DNA of 64,000 bases from Amoebophrya sp. A120 (taxonomy: Eukaryota; Protista; Dinoflagellata): positions 9,150,874-9,214,873 of the forward strand of contig CAJINV010000005.1 in assembly GCA_905178155.1 (NCBI GenBank), given 5' to 3'. This document shows, one piece after another, positions 60,001 through 64,000 of this stretch. Below the pieces are notes generated by a model that did not search any database, was not told the DNA's origin, and saw only the letters and a program-made list of their open reading frames with translations. Numbering within the stretch: position 1 is the first letter of the stretch; each line of letters opens with the position of its first letter. The position numbers and the translations under genes are program-made.

Positions 60001-62396
60001 GAAAGGAGGTTTTACCCCAGTACGAAACAGGCTGCTGTGGTGGCTTTTTCGAGGTTTTACCCCTGGGGCAGGTGTAAAACCTCCAGCCCTCTAGGGTAAA
60101 ACCTTCTTGAAAGGAGGTTTTACCCCAGTACGAAACAGGCTGCTGTGGTGGCTTTTTCGAGGTTTTACCCCTGGGGCAGGTGTAAAACCTCCAGCCCTCT
60201 AGGGTAAAACCTTCTTGAAAGGAGGTTTTACCCCAGTACGAAACAGGCTGCTGTGGTGGCTTTTTCGAGGTTTTACCCCTGGGGCAGGTGTAAAACCTCC
60301 AGCCCTCTAGGGTAAAACCTTCTTGAAAGGAGGTTTTACCCCAGTACGAAACAGGCTGCTGTGGTGGCTTTTTCGAGGTTTTACCCCTGGGGCAGGTGTA
60401 AAACCTCCAGCCCTCTAGGGTAAAACCTTCTTGAAAGGAGGTTTTACCCCAGTACGAAACAGGCTGCTGTGGTGGCTTTTTCGAGGTTTTACCCCTGGGG
60501 CAGGTGTAAAACCTCCAGCCCTCTAGGGTAAAACCTTCTTGAAAGGAGGTTTTACCCCAGTACGAAACAGGCTGCTGTGGTGGCTTTTTCGAGGTTTTAC
60601 CCCTGGGGCAGGTGTAAAACCTCCAGCCCTCTAGGGTAAAACCTTCTTGAAAGGAGGTTTTACCCCAGTACGAAACAGGCTGCTGTGGTGGCTTTTTCGA
60701 GGTTTTACCCCTGCCCTTCAGGGACGTCCGTTCCATGCGTGATTTGTGAATCAGAGCATTTCCTTTGTGATATGCGTCTTTGTCTTTTCACGGCAACAAC
60801 ACAAACTCAAAACAGCTCAACCTCCGCCGCATTTGCAGCAAGCAACGCCAGTAGATCATTCCACCACCGGGCGGCTGTCGGAGAAAGTACGGCAAAAATT
60901 TGGGACGGATGTGGATCTTTTACCGTCTTCTGCACACCAGCAGGAACCCAGTCCTAGTACAGCCGTGGTTCCAATTCTAATACGGGATAGCAGGGGAGCT
61001 GCGACGAGGAGCAGCAAAACAGCAGAACAACACGCACGAAAGACTTCTGTTGTCCGCGGTACCAGCAGCCGACGACCCTCGAAACCCCCTCCGGATCTTC
61101 ATGGTAGTAGAGCGGGTGTTGCTGGTGTTAGTAGCAAGGCGGGGTCGCCAGCGGATCAAATTCTTCTTGCCACTTCTGGAGGTGGTGGTTTTCAGGTAGA
61201 GCAGAGCAGCAAGCGCAGCAGCAGACGAAGCCCAGTGGAGGAAGAGCATTTTGATATAAACCCCGCAGCGGATAAAGATGATGGCGCTCAACAAGAAGAG
61301 GAAGAACTACCACCCGTGCACCCACCACTTCCGCCAACGAAACGAACTTCTTCGGCTTCTCGAAGATCTGGAGCAACAAGAAACCAAGTTAACTTCAGCA
61401 CCAGTGTGTCACGGAGAGCTGAGCTTGCGAAGGAGCGGATTCTGCAGGAATTCCTGGCAAACAAACCGAAATACATTTCCCCCATGTCGCAACCACGGAG
61501 TTCTACTTTGATGCGAGAACAACATCAAAACAGCGTAAGCCAAAGTAAGATGTCATCGACTAATTCCGCGTCACTCGTCGAAAACAGCAGTGCGAAGCAA
61601 ACCATGGAAACCGCGATGGCAGATTTATCGGCGATCGAGTTTGCGCAGCCTTCGTGCGTGGTACCTGCTTCTGCTGCTGCTGGTGGTGTCTCGTCCCCTA
61701 TCGCGAATCAAGATAAACAAAATCACGTTGCTATCCTGTGCAAAAGTATCGCACTCGTATAACTGCAAGGCTTGCATCACAAATTTTTTTCTGAAGGCAA
61801 ATCAGCATTACAAATTTCATTTCTCATGCTGAGGAAATTTGTAATGCATTTATAAGAGTGCGATACTTTTGCAGTTCATAGGTGCTAGTGCAGCTGCAAG
61901 GAGTAGAAGGAGGAGGATGCGGATCTCACCGCTCGTATCATGTGTAAAAACGCCCCCACCCCATAGTCAAGTTGGGAACTTGGCAACACAAATCCAGAAG
62001 TTTTGGGAGCCATGCATGACAAGTTGCAGTCCGTAGTGTAGTTCAGCAGGTTAGCAACGGAAACCGCATCACAAATCCATCTGCTCATCCTGTTTTCAGC
62101 ATTACAAATACCAAAACACGGCTCAAAGTGCCTCTCTTGGGTCTGCGCATTACAAATGTTCCTGTAGTCGCAAATCTGCATTACAACTCTGGGGTGGGGA
62201 CGTTTTTACTCAGGACATCTCGCGAAACACTACAACAACGAGGTGCATTTGTTTGATGAGGAAGATGAAAATAATGCTGCTGCCGTGAACATCGCGCATG
62301 ACAAACAGGAGAAGGACAGGAAAATAGACTCCGACCACACCGGTGGCACGATCACTTGGAACAGCAAACTGTCCGAAATGACGAGGAGTATGTTGC
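54071..62396 (+). CDS. Large Ser/Thr-rich low-complexity hypothetical protein; probably continues beyond the window
   Basis: Continuous frame from ATG 54071 through 8 TIR introns and predicted GT-AG introns 54599-54826 and 58551-60815, ending at a family-B left TIR at 62397. It could instead be two genes split at 58564. Confidence 0.62.
54090..54369. mobile_element. Introner-like element, family D
   Basis: Family D TIRs; repeat CACCA/CACCA. Confidence 0.9.
54415..54565. mobile_element. Introner-like element, family F
   Basis: Family F TIRs (ends ACA); repeat GGCTT/GGCTT. Confidence 0.9.
54887..55034. mobile_element. Introner-like element, family F
   Basis: Family F TIRs; repeat CCGAC/CCGAC. 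Confidence 0.9.
55088..55351. mobile_element. Introner-like element, family A (opposite orientation to 4269)
   Basis: Family A TIRs; repeat TGAAA/TGAAA. Confidence 0.92.
56052..57583. mobile_element. Introner-like element, family A, split by a 1.26-kb insertion
   Basis: Left TIR at 56052, right TIR ending 57583; repeat AAGTC/AAGTC. Confidence 0.9.
56278..57540 (+). mobile_element. Retroposon-like insertion with a (CCAA)n tail
   Basis: AAGCCTT duplicated at 56271-56277 and 57541-57547; 3' tail TATCCAACCAACCAACCAACCAACCAACC; no TIR and no reverse transcriptase motifs recognised. Confidence 0.72.
57658..57919. mobile_element. Introner-like element, family A
   Basis: Family A TIRs; repeat CCGGT/CCGGT. 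Confidence 0.93.
58666..60713. repeat. Tandem array, 108-bp unit, about 19 apparently identical copies
   Basis: Unit GAGGTTTTACCCCTGGGGCAGGTGTAAAACCTCCAGCCCTCTAGGGTAAAACCTTCTTGAAAGGAGGTTTTACCCCAGTACGAAACAGGCTGCTGTGGTGGCTTTTTC. Confidence 0.98.
61732..61880. mobile_element. Introner-like element, family F
   Basis: Family F TIRs; flanks GTTGC/GGTGC. Confidence 0.9.
61936..62217. mobile_element. Introner-like element, family D
   Basis: Family D TIRs (ends ACA); flanks GCTCG/TCTCG. Confidence 0.9.
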
Positions 62397-64000
62397 TATC
62401 AAAATGAAAAATCTCCCCTCCCCATATCTTAGTACTGATTTGGACCGACTTCAAAAATGTTAAGAAAATCGGAAAAAAATCCGCAAAAAATCCAGGCACG
62501 CCGCAAAAAATCGACTTTGTGCCGCGGCTGCTAACGTCCACAAGCGAAGCAAAGTAGCGCGAAACGAAGTCGGTTGCCCGCGTTCGCGAAGCTCGAGAAT
62601 GCGCCAACTCGGTCTCGCGGCAGTTTTTGCCGGTGTCCTCAGGCGTTAGGCCCCACCCTGGAGCATCCGGGCTGTCAGAAAGATTCCCGCAGCCGGGTTG
62701 GGGACGCCGGGTTGTCATATTCCGCCAGGCGGGCGGTGCTCACAAAATCGCTTTTGTGAGTACTCGCGGACAGATTCGATTTTGTGCGCACCCTTCCGGT
62801 ACGCTTCTCAAAGATGCCCTATCCTCGGGCGGGGCCACACAATCCGCGCGTGGTCGCAAATCGATTTTACCAACACAAATGCCGGAAAATCCGGCAAAAG
62901 CTGCAAAATTGATTGCGTGGGGCGAAGTCGCAGAGGACGGGCCTCTGCCCGCCTTGGATCGATGTTTCGGTCGCACGCTACAGGCTCAGGGATGATCGCG
63001 AATTCCAGAACTTGCGACCCGATGAAGTTCCGCGCATTCACCGTGTTGGCCCAGCGTAAAAACCAATGAGAATTCCCGAGATTGTGGATTTACATCCGGG
63101 CCCTAGTTCTGAAAAGCCGCGGGAGTGGCATGGGCCCCGTCTGCGTGTTCTGAGCTCCGTAGAGGCGCCAGGAACAGGCACTCGGCTGGCGCGGGGGTCG
63201 CAAAATCGATTTTGTGAACAGGCAGCCCTCGGTGGGTGCCGCGGCTCAGTCCTCGACAGCCGCTGGGCGCTTGGGGCGCAGAGTCGGGGACTTTAGTCAC
63301 TTCAGGCTCGCAGAATAGTCTGTGGGTTCAATCACCCGAGGCGCGCAAAATCGATTTTGCTGGCCCGCTCCTTGTGCGGTGTCTGCGTGAGTGGTGGCGC
63401 GGGCACAAGAGGTGGTGGGCCTGCTATGTGGGCAAGGTAGGTGGCAGTCCGGCTGCTTGGCAAAATCGATTTTCCAACTTCCTGAAAATCCAGAGGAACA
63501 AGTGTTCCGGAAGTCCGCGCGTTGGACTTTCCGGGACTGCCGAAAAATCGATTTTCCGGGTTCCGGAAATTCCGGAAATTCTAAAAAATCCGGAGTTTGC
63601 GAAAAATCCGGAATTTTCCGAAATCGAAAATCGAGATCGGGACATCAGCAAGTCCTCGAAATCGAAAACCGAGGCGGAAAATCGCTTTTCTGCTTCATTG
63701 CTACGGAGAACGGACCAAACCTGGTCCATACCATCGGCGGAGGCAGTTGCTTACTATCCAGTTGGTAATCTGCTGCCAAAAATCCGAGCGCTTGCATTTT
63801 CAAGAGATTCGGAGGCGCACCAAAGTCGATTTTCTGTGTGCCAAAAGTGCGCCCAAGTGTGCGCCAAAAGTGCGCAGGAGTTACTATTCAATAGTAACGA
63901 AGACGGACCAAACCTGGTCCATACCATGGGCGGAGGCAGTTGGTTACTATTCAATAGTAATTACTATTTTGCTCGGGACGCAACACAAAACAAATCGTAT
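62397..64000. mobile_element. Family B left TIR followed by an unrelated palindrome-rich sequence (probable nested insertion)
   Basis: TATCAAAATGAAAAATCTCCCCTCCCATATC, then many AAAATCGATTTT and TTCCGGAA palindromes; no matching right TIR within the window. Confidence 0.6.

Noticed and set aside
58666-60713. CRISPR array or telomeric repeat
   Set aside because: No unique spacers and no cas genes; TTTTACCC is not a run of TTTAGGG.
58673-60736. 687-aa minus-strand ORF made of 36-aa repeats
   Set aside because: A by-product of a 108-bp unit without a stop in that frame; no synonymous variation; antisense to all genes.
1-64000. Autonomous transposase or reverse transcriptase gene; rRNA or tRNA genes
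   Set aside because: No DDE, RT or tyrosine recombinase motifs recognised in the ORF track, and no convincing structural RNA seen by eye.

Overview
Eukaryotic (alveolate-type) genomic DNA. About 13 intron-containing genes all lie on the + strand: a P4-type ATPase flippase, NAPRT, a GT31 glycosyltransferase, a Get3/ASNA1 with an extra C-terminal STI1-like module, a secreted kringle protein, an HVA22/REEP protein, PRORP and several unknown proteins. Several genes are separated by GC-rich spacers or tandem arrays. The dominant feature is about 53 short (mostly 150-320 bp) non-autonomous elements in about 11 terminal-inverted-repeat (TIR) families (labels A-K are mine). Almost all start TAT and end ATA, are flanked by a 5-bp direct repeat, and sit inside coding exons in both orientations. 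Removing an element plus one repeat copy restores the reading frame, although GT-AG ends are mostly unavailable. This matches the non-canonical introner introns known from the parasitic dinoflagellate Amoebophrya (the organism is an inference). Further layers: a TGT(C/G/A)ATGC motif shared by unrelated element families and by GT-AG introns, retroposon-like insertions nested inside introners, and tandem arrays inside introns. All coordinates were read by hand, and the splice models lack transcript support.
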